Below, piece by piece: positions 29,969 to 42,320 of a DNA stretch of 64,000 bases (position 1 is its first letter; each line of letters starts with the position of its first letter). Below the pieces are notes generated by a model. The model was given only the letters and a program-made list of their open reading frames with translations. It did no database searches and was not told the DNA's origin. The position numbers and the translations under genes are program-made. The DNA is from an uncultured Verrucomicrobiae bacterium (GTDB lineage: Bacteria; Chlamydiota; Chlamydiia; Chlamydiales; Rhabdochlamydiaceae): assembly GCA_963818965.1 (NCBI GenBank), contig CAWFUG010000012.1, forward strand, positions 51,383-115,382, given 5' to 3'.

Positions 29969-31375
29969 GTAATTCTAATTTCTTTTGCTACTCGTATAGG
30001 CACACAACTTAACCCAAGAATGGAAAAAAAGACAATCCTAAGTTTGGCATTTTCAAGCAAGTACATGTCGCAGCCCCCGATTAAAATCAGCCCGAGGAGT
30101 AGAGAGATAAAAAGGCTCCTTTCTAAACTCTTAGGCGCTTTGAAAAGTTTTACCAACAAATCCCCTAAAAAGAGTAGAAAACACGCTGCCCCTAAGATTC
30201 CCGTTTCTGCGAGAATGAGGAGAAAAATATTGTGGACTTTGTAAATTAGTCCGGTCGGTCCTGTGTATTTCTCAATGTGAAATTGAAAATTATTAAAGCC
30301 CACTCCCAACCAGGGATGTTCTTTTTCCATTGCGATTGCAGCCTTCTGGTAGGTAACCCTCTCCTGATCTGCCATCTGAACATGAGATGTGTAATTGACA
30401 ATGCCGCCCCGCGCAAAGATCTGCGCAGAGAAAAGAAAAAAACAGACCCCAGCGCTACAAACGAGGATCGAAAATAACTGCACGATTTTTTTAGGAGCTT
30501 CTCTAACCCACAAAAACGACAAAACCGCCGTTGCCACAATCAATGCTAAAAGAGCAGAACGAGAATAAGTAGTTACAAGGGTGAAGCATTGCAAAAAAAT
30601 ACCAGCGCCTAAAAACAGCGCACAGGCCCTTCTCGTTTCACTCAAGTAAAGGTAAAAAGTGAACAGAAGGGAGATGAATAAAAAACCGCCAAACGCATTA
30701 GGGTGGTAAAACGTCGAACAGGAGCGCAGAAGAGAGGGAAATTGCGCAGCTGTCGCGAAATACCCATCGAAAAACCACCGTTTTTGGGAAGGGTTTAAGA
30801 ACAAAAAGCCCCGAGTGGTGCTCTCTCCCAAACCCCTTAAGCCCACCTCTGTTTGTAAGAAAATACTGTCCAATGCCAATCAGAGAGACGATACACGCTG
30901 CACCTAGAAAGATCCAGGCGATCCGACGGATCAGAGAAACTCCTTCCTGCGGAGAAAAGCTGATACGCAAGGCAAAAAAAAGGAGAAAAGATAGAGAGAA
31001 CTTCAAGAGCCAAACGTACTGAAAGAGATGCCCACCCCATTCCGACATTACGATGGAAAAGGCGCTTACCGCTAAAAATAAAGAGAGAAACTTCGAGGAC
31101 CCCTCCCAAAAAAGTAAACGCAACGAAACCCGAAATCGAAACAACAAAAGAAAAAGAATTCCTAAGAGAAAAAAATCGGAATACTCCAAGGTCAACGTCT
31201 TAGAAAATGCGCTGGGAAAAGAGATCTCTGCCGCATACATCTTCTTAAAAAATGCTTTTCCCAGTCCCCTTTGTCGGTGTTGAAACGGAAAGAGAAGAAA
31301 GAGCGCCAAAAACAAAAAGGAGAGGCCTCTCCCGAATCGCGACTCTGGAATGTATCTTTGCAAAAATCCCTTCAT
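29965..31375 (-). CDS. O-antigen ligase family protein, split by a frameshift near 30850
   Basis: HPNAFG, TYSRSA, GVGFNNF, VHNIFLLILAETG. Confidence 0.8.
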
Positions 31376-33355
31376 TCTAAAATCCTCAGCGTTTCGTAGT
31401 GCTGCATGAGATCGCGGAAGTGAGCAGCATCTTCAAAACGCAGCTCCTTGGCACATTTGCGCATCTCTGTCTCACACTCTTTAATCTTCTCTTCGATCTC
31501 AGCTGCGGTCAAATGAGAAGGGCTTTTAGCCTCTTCTTGAAGCACAGCTGCCGCTTCTCCAAATGTTTCCACAAGACCTTCTACGCGCTCTCTTTTGGCA
31601 CTACGCGGCGTGATCCCATGCTTTTCATTGTAGGCCATGCTGGACCGAACGACGCTGCCCTGTGACTTCGATCGTCTTTGTGATCGAAGGGGTCATTCTA
31701 TCTGCGTACATGATCACTCGCCCATGGACATTGCGCGCCGCTCTTCCACAGGTCTGGATGAGTGCCGTGTAGGAGCGCAAAAAACCCTCTTTATCGGCAT
31801 CGAGAATGCAGACAAGGGAGACCTCAGGCAGATCTAGGCCCTCTCTCAACAGATTGATCCCCACTAAGACGTCGAAGAGCCCCTTGCGCAAGTCATTGAG
31901 AATCTGCACCCGTTCGAGCGTTTCGATATCGGAATGCAAATACTTCGCTCTCACCCCGATTTCATTGAGGTATTTCGTGAGATCCTCAGAGAGTTTTTTC
32001 GTCAGCGTCGTCACGAGGACCCGGGCATTTTTTTCCGTTTCAAGGCGAATTTGCTCTAGACAGTCGTCGATTTGATTAGTCGCTGGTCTCACTTCGATCA
32101 TCGGGTCGAGAAGTCCTGTGGGACGGATGATCTGCTCAGCGACATCTCCATGAGCCTCGTGCACTTCCCATTCTCCTGGCGTCGCAGAGACGTAGACGAC
32201 CTGTTTGAATTTGCGATAACTCTCTTCGAACTTCAAAGGGCGGTTGTCGAAAGCAGAGGGGAGGCGAAAGCCAAATGTGACAAGAGACTCCTTCCGCGCA
32301 CGGTCTCCATTGTACATCGCGTGCAATTGAGGTAGCGTCTGATGAGACTCATCGATGAAAATCAGAAAATCCTCTGGGAAATAATCGAGCAAGCAGGGGG
32401 GAGGGTCTCCAGGAAGGCGGCCGCTAAAATGGCGAGAATAATTCTCGATCCCTTTGCAAAATCCGATCTCTTTGATCATTTCGAGATCGTAAAACGTCCG
32501 TTGCCGAATCCGCTGCATCTCAACCAGCTGATTTTCTTTCTCAAAAAAAGCGATGCGCTCTTTTAATTCCGCTCGAATCGTCTCTAAAGCGTTTAAGCGC
32601 ACTGACTCTGGTGTGACGTGGTGGGATCCCGGATAGATCGTAATTGTTTCCAAGCGCCGCTTTACCCTTCCCGTCAGCGGATCGATCTCGCTGAGCCTCT
32701 CGATCTCATCCCCGAAAAATTCGATCCGATAGCCCAAAGACTCCTCATAGGCCGGCATCACCTCAAGGACATCCCCCCTTCCGCGAAACGTCGCTCGCAT
32801 CAAATCGAAATCATTGCGCTTGTAATGCATTTCGACGAGGTGGAGGAGCACCTCATCCCGCCGCCTCTTCTGCCCTACCGCCAAAGAAAGGAGCATCTGG
32901 CTGTAGTATTCAGGCAGTCCCAAGCCGTAAATGCAAGAGACAGAGGCCACGATGATCACATCCTCTCTCTCGATCAATGAGCGGGTCGCACTCAAGCGCA
33001 TCCGATCGATCTGATCGTTGATCGCGAGATCCTTTTCGATATAGGTATCCGTGCGAGCGATATAGGCTTCTGGCTGGTAGTAATCGTAGTAAGAAACGAA
33101 ATATTCGACCGCGTTTTCAGGGAAAAACGCTTTGAACTCCTGATACAATTGGGCAGCTAGCGTTTTGTTATGCGCGATGATCAACGTGGGGCGGTTCACG
33201 CGAGCGATCACATTGGCCATGGTGAACGTCTTTCCCGATCCCGTAACACCCAAAAGCACTTGCGCTTTTTTTTTCTGTTCGAGCCCCGTGACGAGCTTCT
33301 CGATGGCACCGGGCTGGTCTCCACAGGGCAAAAAATCAGTTCTTAAGTGAAACAA
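31372..33355 (-). CDS. uvrB: Excinuclease ABC subunit B; frameshift near 31635 separates the C-terminal UVR domain
   Basis: [39 protein letters not shown] in the second frame. Confidence 0.95.
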
Positions 33356-33356
33356 A

Positions 33357-34583
33357 TTATTTCCAAGGATTGGTATTAATTCCCATCATGCTGGCGATTT
33401 GAACGGCCATGATCAGAAGGGCAAAGAGAAAAATCGCCACCAAAGAGACCCTTCCTCCCGGTAACGCGTAAGAAGTGCTGATCTTCTTGCGATAACGCCC
33501 GACCCAGATCGTCGCAACAGGGAGAAATCCGAATAAAATGGTCGTACATATCCCCCCAGCAAAATTCAATGCTTTAAAAAACAGCTGCGGATAGATCGCC
33601 GACAAAATCAATGGAGGAAGCAGTGCCGTCATACACAAAATGCCACTTTCCTCCTTCTTGTAGCTGAGCTTAAAACCATCTGCCAAAAAATGGACAAGGC
33701 CGAGCGCCTGTGCCAGAAAGGAGGTGAGAAGGGCGAAAAACGCAAGCCCCTGAGAAAAGGTGCGCACCCAGGGGGACCCGAGTATCATCGCAATCGATTG
33801 CGATGCCTCTCGGTCCGTTTTCAGACTCATGAGCAATCCATTTTCTCCTTCTAAAGGAACGATCCCTAGAACGAGGAGCTCCCAAATCAGATAGATCGCC
33901 AAGACCATTAAACTCCCACCGAGAATCGTGACGCGGATCCGCTTGAGATCCCCTTTGAGATAATGGCTCAAACTCGGAATCATGTTGTGAAACCCAAAGG
34001 CAATCACAAGTAGAGGGAGGGCCGAAAGGGCATAAGAGGGATCTGATCGAGTCAAAAGCGGCATCTCGATGTATTGCGACCCAATCAAGACGAGGAGGAG
34101 GAAAAATCCGATTTTGCCGATCATCAAACCGCGATTGAAGAGATCGACTCGACGTGTTCCCAAATAGATCACCCAGCCAAACAATAGCACGAAAAATAAA
34201 GCGCCTAAAGAGGGGGGCAAATCGATCTGGAATGTCAATTTAAAAAACGTATGACAAAGCCCCCCGATCCCTGAGACGTAGGCGACGAGAAGCGCATAGA
34301 AAAGAAAGAGGTAGGTCACCCAACAGGTCCGTTTCCCCCAATTGCCTAATGAGTAGGAGAAAATCGAAAGCAAATTGACCTTTTGGGAAGAAAACCAAGC
34401 ATTGGCTTCGACAACCAGAAACGCTGTCGCCGTCATAAAGAGCCATCCTAAAAAGAGGAGTCCCAAAGAGGGGAAAAAGCCGGAGAGTCCGGTTACGATC
34501 GGCAAACCGAGCATCCCTGCACCGATACAGCTCCCTGCGATCAGCAGGACCCCTCCAAAAACGCTCCCCTTTCTCTCGCTCAC
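33357..34583 (-). CDS. tyrP: Aromatic amino acid (TyrP/Mtr family) permease
   Basis: [26 protein letters not shown]. Confidence 0.8.
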   Translation of the reverse strand: MSERKGSVFGGVLLIAGSCIGAGMLGLPIVTGLSGFFPSLGLLFLGWLFMTATAFLVVEANAWFSSQKVNLLSIFSYSLGNWGKRTCWVTYLFLFYALLVAYVSGIGGLCHTFFKLTFQIDLPPSLGALFFVLLFGWVIYLGTRRVDLFNRGLMIGKIGFFLLLVLIGSQYIEMPLLTRSDPSYALSALPLLVIAFGFHNMIPSLSHYLKGDLKRIRVTILGGSLMVLAIYLIWELLVLGIVPLEGENGLLMSLKTDREASQSIAMILGSPWVRTFSQGLAFFALLTSFLAQALGLVHFLADGFKLSYKKEESGILCMTALLPPLILSAIYPQLFFKALNFAGGICTTILFGFLPVATIWVGRYRKKISTSYALPGGRVSLVAIFLFALLIMAVQIASMMGINTNPWK

Positions 34584-36235
34584 TTGTACTCTAGCCTCTT
34601 TTCTACGATCCGGATCTCTTGTCCCAGACGTCCCAATTCATATCCCTCGTAGTCGACGAATTTGAAGAATTTCTCAAAACAGGGAAATACTTTAGAGATT
34701 TGTTTCGCAAACTCTTGCGCGATAAACCGATAGGTCGGATGACCGGCCGGCGAAGAGCGCAATTCGCAAAGCCACTGTAGAGCGCGTAAATTCACATGGA
34801 AATACCAATGCATGTTGTAAGCCATCGGCACAGCATATTGCGCTTCTTCTGGCAATTCCTCTGCGATCGATTCGTACACCTTTTTCGCCTCATCCATCGC
34901 TTCGCGATACTTAGACTCGAGATCCGTATTTAAAATTTCCGTTGGAATGAAATACCCAAAATCACATGTCAATAGCTGCCGCTCTTGCGTGAGCATCCGG
35001 TGACGCTGTAAGTCTCGATAGACCCCAAAATCGGCAACCACTTCAAATGTAAAAGTCGCATGTTCTAAAGCCCGAGGAGATTTGTGCCGCCTATTTTCGC
35101 GGAAATTCGCCGCTGAATCGAGGATCCGATTGAGCTCCTCCTCAGACAATTGTCGACACAGCTCTTGAGTTTCATAGAGCCCCGCCTGAGAATGCTCAAA
35201 GAGAAGAGCTGCTGCGACTTTATAGGGTGCCTCGCTGTCGTAATTGATCAGCCGTACTCCAGGATTTTCCATCTTGCCGACAGAAGAAGCATGCCGATCC
35301 GACAAGAGTTTGATATCATTCGACATCTGTTCTGAATATTGAGCAAAGGCACGTTGGTACTTGTGCGCAGGATCTCCTCGACGAATGAAAGAAGGGATCA
35401 CCTTCGAGAGCTCCTGAAAAGACTTCCGGCCGATGTCCTGCATTTCGACGAGATTGTGAGCATTGAGCTTCTGAATCAAACACTCGAAAAAGCGCCCGTT
35501 CCCATACACACCCATATTCGTCAACGCACTCGCAGGTAAAAGTCCTCGCAAACAATCGAGCACTTTTGCGCGCAGCGCTGCCGTATAAGCGATCTTCGAG
35601 ACATCGTGTTCTCTCGGTGTCTTCTTCTCCATGAGATCCATCAAAGGAGGGACGAGCGCCGAGTAGGTTTCAAAGAGAAAATTGCACGTCTTTAAATAGG
35701 CCTCTCGATAAGCAGAGGTCATCAAGATCGGCTCTCGATAGAAGAGATACTCCCCATTGACCTTCTGATCGAAATAGATATAGCGGGTCGACTTTTCCAA
35801 GGGAGATCCCCCGATCCGACAGTCTTCGATGATCTTCGCTGCGATCATCGAGACATTTTCGATCGCCAAATGCGCTCCACCCAATTCCCCAATCGAGTCA
35901 TCTCCATACCCATCGAGGATCCGGTCGTAGAAATTCTGCGCCTTCTTGATCGCCATGATCTGATCTTCGAGATCGACATCTTCCGCTTCCTTCACCATCT
36001 GCGCTCCAGAAATCGCGCTGAAAGCCGTCTCCTCATTCAAAATAAAATCTTTGAGCAATAAAGAGCGTAGCCCTAAGCTCGACCGCGAGTACCGGGAAAA
36101 CAAAGCTCCCTTAATTACCTCTGGCAAGTTGCGCAGCGCAAAGATATTGCCAGAAGTATTCGTCACATACCGCTGTAAAATTTTGATCTGGCTCTCGTTG
36201 AATTCTTCATATTCTTCAATCATTCCCTGACCCAT
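34580..36235 (-). CDS. thyX: FAD-dependent thymidylate synthase, large two-domain chlamydial type
   Basis: SRYSRS, EKSTRY, RDLQRHR; start around 36223-36235. Confidence 0.85.
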   Translation of the reverse strand: MGQGMIEEYEEFNESQIKILQRYVTNTSGNIFALRNLPEVIKGALFSRYSRSSLGLRSLLLKDFILNEETAFSAISGAQMVKEAEDVDLEDQIMAIKKAQNFYDRILDGYGDDSIGELGGAHLAIENVSMIAAKIIEDCRIGGSPLEKSTRYIYFDQKVNGEYLFYREPILMTSAYREAYLKTCNFLFETYSALVPPLMDLMEKKTPREHDVSKIAYTAALRAKVLDCLRGLLPASALTNMGVYGNGRFFECLIQKLNAHNLVEMQDIGRKSFQELSKVIPSFIRRGDPAHKYQRAFAQYSEQMSNDIKLLSDRHASSVGKMENPGVRLINYDSEAPYKVAAALLFEHSQAGLYETQELCRQLSEEELNRILDSAANFRENRRHKSPRALEHATFTFEVVADFGVYRDLQRHRMLTQERQLLTCDFGYFIPTEILNTDLESKYREAMDEAKKVYESIAEELPEEAQYAVPMAYNMHWYFHVNLRALQWLCELRSSPAGHPTYRFIAQEFAKQISKVFPCFEKFFKFVDYEGYELGRLGQEIRIVEKRLEYK

Positions 36236-36350
36236 TTTTCCATGTATGCTTTCATGCATGCTTTCTAGAAAAATACCCGAACGGGCGATTTTTGGCATGA
36301 CCCAAATTTTTCCAGTCGAGAAGAAATTTGATTTATTATATCCCTGAGTC

Positions 36351-37232
36351 ATGAAACTCCCACACCTAAGCCTCGCCCTTTTAGTCGTTTTTATTTGGGG
36401 AATGAACCTCATCGTCGCCCGTTGGGCACTGAACGATTTTCCTCCCCTTTTCTTGGTTTTCAGCCGATTTTTTTTGGTGAGCATTCCGGCTATTTTCTTC
36501 ATAAAACGACCAAAGGTCCACTGGAGGCTCCTTTTCTCCTATGCAATGTTCATGTTTCTCCTCACCTTTTCCCTCTCCTTCTTTGGAATCCAACAAGGTG
36601 TCGCCCCCGACTTAGCCTCGATCCTCCTGCAATCCCAAGCCTTCTTCACGGTGTTCATCGGCTGGGCTTTTTTAAAGGAAAAAATCCACATCTGGCAACT
36701 GCTCGGAGGGTTAGTCGGATTAGCGGGCATCGCCTTTATCGGAGTAAAAACGCAAGGAACTGCGACAACAGAAGGAGTCGTTCTCATCATGCTCGGGGCT
36801 CTGACTTGGGGGATCGGCAATGGGATTACAAAAAAAATACGCACTGCTAATTTCGTCAGTGTGATCGTCTGGGCGGCATGCCTCTGCACTCCTCTCTCAT
36901 TCCTCCTCTCTTATTTTTTAGAAGGCCCTGAGAAAATCTCCACCTCCCTACAAAATTTAAACCTGGCCGATATAGGAGTCCTCCTCTACCTCTCCTACGG
37001 TTCCATCCTACTGACCTTCATCTGTTGGAGTTACCTGTTGCGCAGTTACCCACTGGCGACGATCTCCCCACTGACATTTGCCTGCCCCCTCATTGCAATG
37101 GCAGGCGCCACCCTCTTTCTGGGAGAGCCCCTCGAATCCTGGAAACTCATCGCCGCCGGCGTCATCCTCTTTGGCCTCGCCATCGACTTCGTCGGGACCC
37201 GCTTCTTTTTGCCCAAGACTGAAAAGTTTTAA
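36351..37232 (+). CDS. EamA/DMT family exporter
   Basis: IWGMN, LQSQAFFT, about 10 TM segments. Confidence 0.85.
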   Translation: MKLPHLSLALLVVFIWGMNLIVARWALNDFPPLFLVFSRFFLVSIPAIFFIKRPKVHWRLLFSYAMFMFLLTFSLSFFGIQQGVAPDLASILLQSQAFFTVFIGWAFLKEKIHIWQLLGGLVGLAGIAFIGVKTQGTATTEGVVLIMLGALTWGIGNGITKKIRTANFVSVIVWAACLCTPLSFLLSYFLEGPEKISTSLQNLNLADIGVLLYLSYGSILLTFICWSYLLRSYPLATISPLTFACPLIAMAGATLFLGEPLESWKLIAAGVILFGLAIDFVGTRFFLPKTEKF

Positions 37233-37289
37233 GTTGAAAATTTCATGTAATCCCAAATAAGCTATGCCCAAAACTGATAATGGGTCACC

Positions 37290-38303
37290 ATGTCCACACT
37301 TCTCCCCGCAACATCTCCTCTTCTCAGAGAGCTCTTGTCACGACCGCGACGCAACCGTAAAACAATCGCGATCCGCTCGCTCGTTGAAGAGACTACCCTC
37401 AAGCCACAAGATCTCGTCGCTCCTTTTTTCGTCATCGCCGGTCACGAAAGAAGAGAAGCAATCCCCACCATGCCGGGGATCGAGCGTCTCTCGATCGATC
37501 TCTTGCTAAAAGAAGCGGAAGCGCTGCACAAAAGTGGGATCCTCGCCATCGGCCTGTTTCCCGTTGTCCCCGCAGATAAGAAAGACCCCCAAGGCTCTTA
37601 TGCTCTCAATCCTGAAGGGATCATCCCACAAGCCGTGCGCCTTCTCAAAAAAGAGATTCCCTCTCTCTGCGTTATCACAGATATCGCTCTCGACCCCTTC
37701 ACAAGTCATGGACACGATGGAATGGTCAACGAAGCAGGCGAAGTGTTGAATGATGAGACGGTCTCGATTTTGGAGCAGATGGCACTCGTGCTCGCAGAGG
37801 CGGGCACAGATATCGTAGCCCCAAGCGACATGATGGACGGCAGAATCCAAGCGATCCGCCGGTATCTCGATCGCCACCACCACAAAAACACGAGCATTTT
37901 GTCCTATGCTGCAAAATACGCCTCTGCCCTCTATGGCCCTTTTCGAGACACGATCGGCTCCCACCTCAAATTCGGCGACAAAAAGGGATACCAGATGAAC
38001 CCCGCCAACATCCGAGAAGCGCTCTGGGAAGGAGCCTTAGATGAAGCAGAAGGTGCCGACATGCTCATGGTCAAGCCCGCCCTGTTTTACCTCGACGTCA
38101 TCGCCAAACTAAAAGAGCAATCGCGCCTTCCCATCTGCGCCTACCACGTCAGTGGAGAATACGCCATGGTCATGGCAGCAGAAGAGCGAGGCATGCTCGA
38201 CGCCTCTCGCGTCTTCCTGGAAGGCCTCATCAGCATCAAACGCGCCGGCGCCGACTTCATCTTCACATACGCGACAGCGCGCGTGCTTCCTCTGCTGCGT
38301 TAG
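37290..38303 (+). CDS. hemB: Porphobilinogen synthase
   Basis: RPRRNR, APSDMMDGR, YGPFRD, MVKPA. Confidence 0.96.
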   Translation: MSTLLPATSPLLRELLSRPRRNRKTIAIRSLVEETTLKPQDLVAPFFVIAGHERREAIPTMPGIERLSIDLLLKEAEALHKSGILAIGLFPVVPADKKDPQGSYALNPEGIIPQAVRLLKKEIPSLCVITDIALDPFTSHGHDGMVNEAGEVLNDETVSILEQMALVLAEAGTDIVAPSDMMDGRIQAIRRYLDRHHHKNTSILSYAAKYASALYGPFRDTIGSHLKFGDKKGYQMNPANIREALWEGALDEAEGADMLMVKPALFYLDVIAKLKEQSRLPICAYHVSGEYAMVMAAEERGMLDASRVFLEGLISIKRAGADFIFTYATARVLPLLR

Positions 38304-38388
38304 AGATGCTGCGATTTAAGCTATTTTTAACTTGCGCGTATGAGCACCTATAATTAGACTGCTCCGCCAATAACATTCCAAGGAAATT

Positions 38389-38586
38389 ATGTTAGCTCTT
38401 GCGGCACTGATGTATGCCGCAGCTGAGGTCCGTAAAGAAACAGCAAAAGAAATAGGAGAACTTCAAGCAGCGCTTTACGCGATTTACAGTCGGCACAAAA
38501 ACTTCATTGTCGTACCTGGGGATATGACTCCCAAGGAAAGGGCTGATTTTATTCTCGAACACATCGCCAGGATGGAAGCCCAGTAA
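38389..38586 (+). CDS. Small hypothetical protein
   Basis: 65-aa ORF with AAGGA RBS. Confidence 0.45.
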   Translation: MLALAALMYAAAEVRKETAKEIGELQAALYAIYSRHKNFIVVPGDMTPKERADFILEHIARMEAQ

Positions 38587-38624
38587 TCCAAGTGGGCGGG
38601 GTATAGCTTCTAGTGAAACATCTA

Positions 38625-40016
38625 TTAGGTCATCTCTTGACCGTCACTGGATTTTAGTCTTAAAAAGATAAACGCTGATGAGCAAACAATACAACCCATG
38701 ACGAGAAAAGCATAGCGGAATGGAATGGGGTCATTGAATACAAGCTGATGATCCCAACCCACAAAAAATTGTAGCACCAGCGCGCTCAGCGTGATTCCCA
38801 AACCCATTGAGAGCTGTTGTAATGTACTAGAAATACTCGTTGCATGGCTCATCTCGACTTCGGGCACATCTACGTAATACAAAAGATTCATCCCCAAAAA
38901 CTGCAATGAAGCGATTACTCCATTAATAAAAACTAACGACACAATAAAAGCCGCATCAATTTTTGTGATTAACGAAAAAGAACTTATGGTTACACCTGTT
39001 AGTAACGAGGTAGTAGCCAATATCTTTCGGAATCCCCATCGATGTAAGATGCTTCTATTCATGAACTTCATACTGATCATCCCTACCGCCCAGCCACATG
39101 TGAGAAGCCCTGAATGAAACGGCGACACCCCGTAACCAATCTGAAAAAACAACGGCAGTAAAAAAGAGAGCCCACTCAGACCCAATCGACTCCACAAATT
39201 GCCCACTGCAGCAACCAAAAAGGTACGTAGGGAAAACAGCTTTAAATTGAGTACCGGATATTTGGTTTTTCGATAATGCCCATAAAATATCAAAAAGCCC
39301 AGTACTGATCCTACAAAAACCAAGATCCTTAAAAGTCTCGATACAGCGACTGTATCCACTGCTTCAAACACAAAAAAAAGTCCTGCTAAACTCGAGCCAA
39401 AAAGAAGAAAACCTATCGCATCAAACGGACGTAAGAGTTGACTTTTGGTGTTTTTCATATAACGGAGCGCAGTGAAAACGCCTAAAAGCCCAATGGGAAC
39501 ATTGACGTAAAAAATCCATGGCCACGAATAATAGGTGGTAATAAATCCACCGATCACAGGACCTAATAGAGGGCCGATCAATGGAGGTGTCGTCATAAAG
39601 TTTGTAGCGCGAACCAATTCAGATTTGTGAAAAGTGCGCAACATGATTAAACGTCCCACTGGCATCATAAATGATCCGCCCACCCCCTGTAAAATACGAG
39701 AGATCACTAACTCTGACAGGGACTGGGCCATTCCACATCCGATAGAACTGAGGGTGAATATAGATAATGCGAAAATAAAAGTTTTTTGCGTTCCCCATCT
39801 ATCTGCCACCCAACCGCTGATAGGAATAAATAAAGCGAGACTTAATAGATAACTGGTCAAAGCCAACTTTAACTGAACCGGATCGACTCCAAAGCTTAAA
39901 GCCATGTCAGGGATGGCTGTACCAATGATCGTAATATCCAATGTCTCCATGAACAAAGCTGTAGCAATGATCCATGGAATGACTTTTTTAGCACTGGTAT
40001 TATCGTTTACTGTCAC
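38625..40016 (-). CDS. DHA2-type MFS transporter
   Basis: FMETLDITI, SGWVADRWG, WIFYVNVPIG. Confidence 0.9.
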   Translation of the reverse strand: MTVNDNTSAKKVIPWIIATALFMETLDITIIGTAIPDMALSFGVDPVQLKLALTSYLLSLALFIPISGWVADRWGTQKTFIFALSIFTLSSIGCGMAQSLSELVISRILQGVGGSFMMPVGRLIMLRTFHKSELVRATNFMTTPPLIGPLLGPVIGGFITTYYSWPWIFYVNVPIGLLGVFTALRYMKNTKSQLLRPFDAIGFLLFGSSLAGLFFVFEAVDTVAVSRLLRILVFVGSVLGFLIFYGHYRKTKYPVLNLKLFSLRTFLVAAVGNLWSRLGLSGLSFLLPLFFQIGYGVSPFHSGLLTCGWAVGMISMKFMNRSILHRWGFRKILATTSLLTGVTISSFSLITKIDAAFIVSLVFINGVIASLQFLGMNLLYYVDVPEVEMSHATSISSTLQQLSMGLGITLSALVLQFFVGWDHQLVFNDPIPFRYAFLVMGCIVCSSAFIFLRLKSSDGQEMT

Positions 40017-40102
40017 AAAAATCCCCTTCCCAAAGGAAGAACGTCTTGATACAACGTCGTTACATAAAAATTAACAGGCTCTAATGTCCTGCTAATTTTA
40101 TT

Positions 40103-40175
40103 TATACCACAGTCGGCTTGAAACTTCGAATTTGGACAGCGCGAAAGCTCCTGCGATTGAGGTGGAAGGGGTATA
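40103..40175. repeat. Deleted palindromic element (arm type F)
   Basis: TATAC-22 nt-ATTTGGACAGCGCGAAAGC...GGGGTATA. Confidence 0.65.
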
Positions 40176-40186
40176 GATCCTGCTTG

Positions 40187-40666
40187 TCAAATTCCCGATT
40201 CTTCAAGGTGTTTCGGTATCATCCCCTCATTTAAAGATAAGTCTAGAGAGGCTTTCGTCCATGAGGAGGGTGACACAAAGTCATGTATCGTAATGGCGAT
40301 GTCGGTGAGAGGACAGCAAATACGGGTTACAGCAGGATGATGGTAAAATACATTTGTCTGGGGTCCTAGTTCAAATAGGGCGGGATCTTCACTATGAAGA
40401 AAGATCTTCTTTCCAGTTGCGATCGCAAACCCCAACTCGAGATGCGTTCCGTATCCTCCAGGGAGAAGGACAACGACAAAATCAGTTTTTGAAATACCTT
40501 CTAATTCGAGAACCGCGACTTCCCGCAACCGCTCTTTGCTGACCGATTTTACGCTTCCATGTACTGTCCAGTCATAGGCAATTTCGTGGCCTAGCGTCTT
40601 CAGCGCCTCTCTCACTAGATTATGGGCGGCCATTCTCAAAAGAGATGTTGCAATGTAATATTTCAT
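40187..40666 (-). CDS. Nucleoside 2-deoxyribosyltransferase-like protein
   Basis: YYIA, YDWT, GTHLELGFA. Confidence 0.65.
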   Translation of the reverse strand: MKYYIATSLLRMAAHNLVREALKTLGHEIAYDWTVHGSVKSVSKERLREVAVLELEGISKTDFVVVLLPGGYGTHLELGFAIATGKKIFLHSEDPALFELGPQTNVFYHHPAVTRICCPLTDIAITIHDFVSPSSWTKASLDLSLNEGMIPKHLEESGI

Positions 40667-40763
40667 GTAACTCCTAAAGCTCGTAACGGTTCAATGACTT
40701 GCATTGAAAAAATAAGTCTATCGATGATCAGAAATTTTTCCTAATCAAAAATTGAAAAATCGG

Positions 40764-40872
40764 TACCATGCTCCGCGCGCTATAGGAATGGTGCGAGGGG
40801 GTATAAAAACTGTTCTTTTCTTTGGAGGTAAATTTTGGTAAGGTCCACATGTTATACCCCGCGCGTTTAGAA
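40764..40872. repeat. Two degenerate type B fragments
   Basis: CCGCGCGCTATAGGAATGGTGC...GGGGTATA (ending 40805) and TATACCCCGCGCGTTTAGAA (from 40853). Confidence 0.65.
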
Positions 40873-40916
40873 AGGCTAGGTCATTGTTATGGAAATGGGG
40901 AAATAGGATTGGACTC

Positions 40917-42320
40917 ATGATTTCTGCACTTAACAATTTGAACTTTTATATATTTGCTGCAGTGATCGGACTTTTACTTGGCGTGGGTATCTATAAAACA
41001 AGACATATCCAGTTAGAATCCTCATATCTTTTTGCAGAAAGAAAGACCTCCTGGGGTGCTCTCACTGCAACCTTAGTAATGACTGAGTTCAATAGCGCAA
41101 CGCTCCTCTCTTTTTGTTCTTTGGGATATGTGGCTGGATTTTGGGCGCTCATTTTACCTGCCATTTTTCTTATCGGACTCTTGTTTTATGCCTTAACGGT
41201 AGCAGAAAAATGGAAACGTTTCGATGGCTTTTCTGTCGCAGGGTTTTTCAGAGAGAAATATGGAAACAAGATAGGTGTTTTTGCAAGTTCATTGCTTTTG
41301 CTATCGATGCTTGGATTTAGCGCCGCTTACATTAAATCTCTTGCCCTTTTATTTCAGCCTCTTTTCCCTCAGCTTAATCTTTGGATTATCAGCGCAACTC
41401 TTGTAGGAACAATCCTAGCAATGATGCTAAAAGGCGGTCTTACTGCCATTATCCGTACGGATATATTAAGCTTTTTCATGACATTGTTATTTATACCTCT
41501 GATGATTTTTTTTGTTTGGAACCTGCCAACAGAAGAAATTCTTCCATTTTCTTTAGCGCAAGGGCAGGAAATTTTGCCGATCCATTTTGTCTTTTCTTTG
41601 ACTATTTTAACGATGTTTACCTATATTTTAGCCCCTTGGTACGGACAAAAAATTTTTGCTGCTCAATCTGCTAAGACTGCTTACTGGGCAGTTTTTTCAG
41701 CAGCAGTTTTTGTCTTTTTCTTGTACGGAGCAGCGATCTTTGCAACAGCTCTTCTCAAACAAAAGGGAATAGAATGTTCTTCTGCCGAGCAAGCTTTGCC
41801 ACAATTGATTAATCAATTCTTCCCGCTAGGGTTTAAAGGTTTCGCTTTTGCGATCCTCTTCACTACTTCAGCGACCACCTTGACGGGGGTCTGGAGTGCC
41901 ATGACGGCAATGCTCATAGGGGATTTTCTTAAACCAAAAATCGCCAGTCGCAATCGACCTATTTGGATAACAACATGTTTTGCTGTGCTTTCTTACCTTT
42001 TAGCTAATTCCTTAGTCGACCATGTTTTTGATAAGCTGATTTTAGCTAACATTCCTGTAGCGGCCCTCTCTTTTGGATTGCTTGCGGGCTTTTATTGGCA
42101 GAAAGTAACCCGCCTCGGCGTCTATTTAAGCATCATAGTGGGATGTATGTGTGGAGTAGGTTCCTACCTCCGATTCGGCGAATCAGGAGGGTACACCTGG
42201 TATTGGGCTGTCTATGGAATCCCGCTTTCATTTTTGGCTGGAGTTATAGGCTCTTACGGAAGTTTAAAGCTGCGGAATCGATACAATAGCGATCTCCCGT
42301 CGGTGGAGGGCCATCTTTAA
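40917..42320 (+). CDS. Sodium:solute symporter family protein
   Basis: Multi-TM protein, GGLTAIIRTD motif. Confidence 0.75.
   Translation: MISALNNLNFYIFAAVIGLLLGVGIYKTRHIQLESSYLFAERKTSWGALTATLVMTEFNSATLLSFCSLGYVAGFWALILPAIFLIGLLFYALTVAEKWKRFDGFSVAGFFREKYGNKIGVFASSLLLLSMLGFSAAYIKSLALLFQPLFPQLNLWIISATLVGTILAMMLKGGLTAIIRTDILSFFMTLLFIPLMIFFVWNLPTEEILPFSLAQGQEILPIHFVFSLTILTMFTYILAPWYGQKIFAAQSAKTAYWAVFSAAVFVFFLYGAAIFATALLKQKGIECSSAEQALPQLINQFFPLGFKGFAFAILFTTSATTLTGVWSAMTAMLIGDFLKPKIASRNRPIWITTCFAVLSYLLANSLVDHVFDKLILANIPVAALSFGLLAGFYWQKVTRLGVYLSIIVGCMCGVGSYLRFGESGGYTWYWAVYGIPLSFLAGVIGSYGSLKLRNRYNSDLPSVEGHL

Noticed and set aside
36236..36502. Long N-terminal extension of ThyX
   Set aside because: Overlaps the divergent EamA gene; the real start is near 36223-36235
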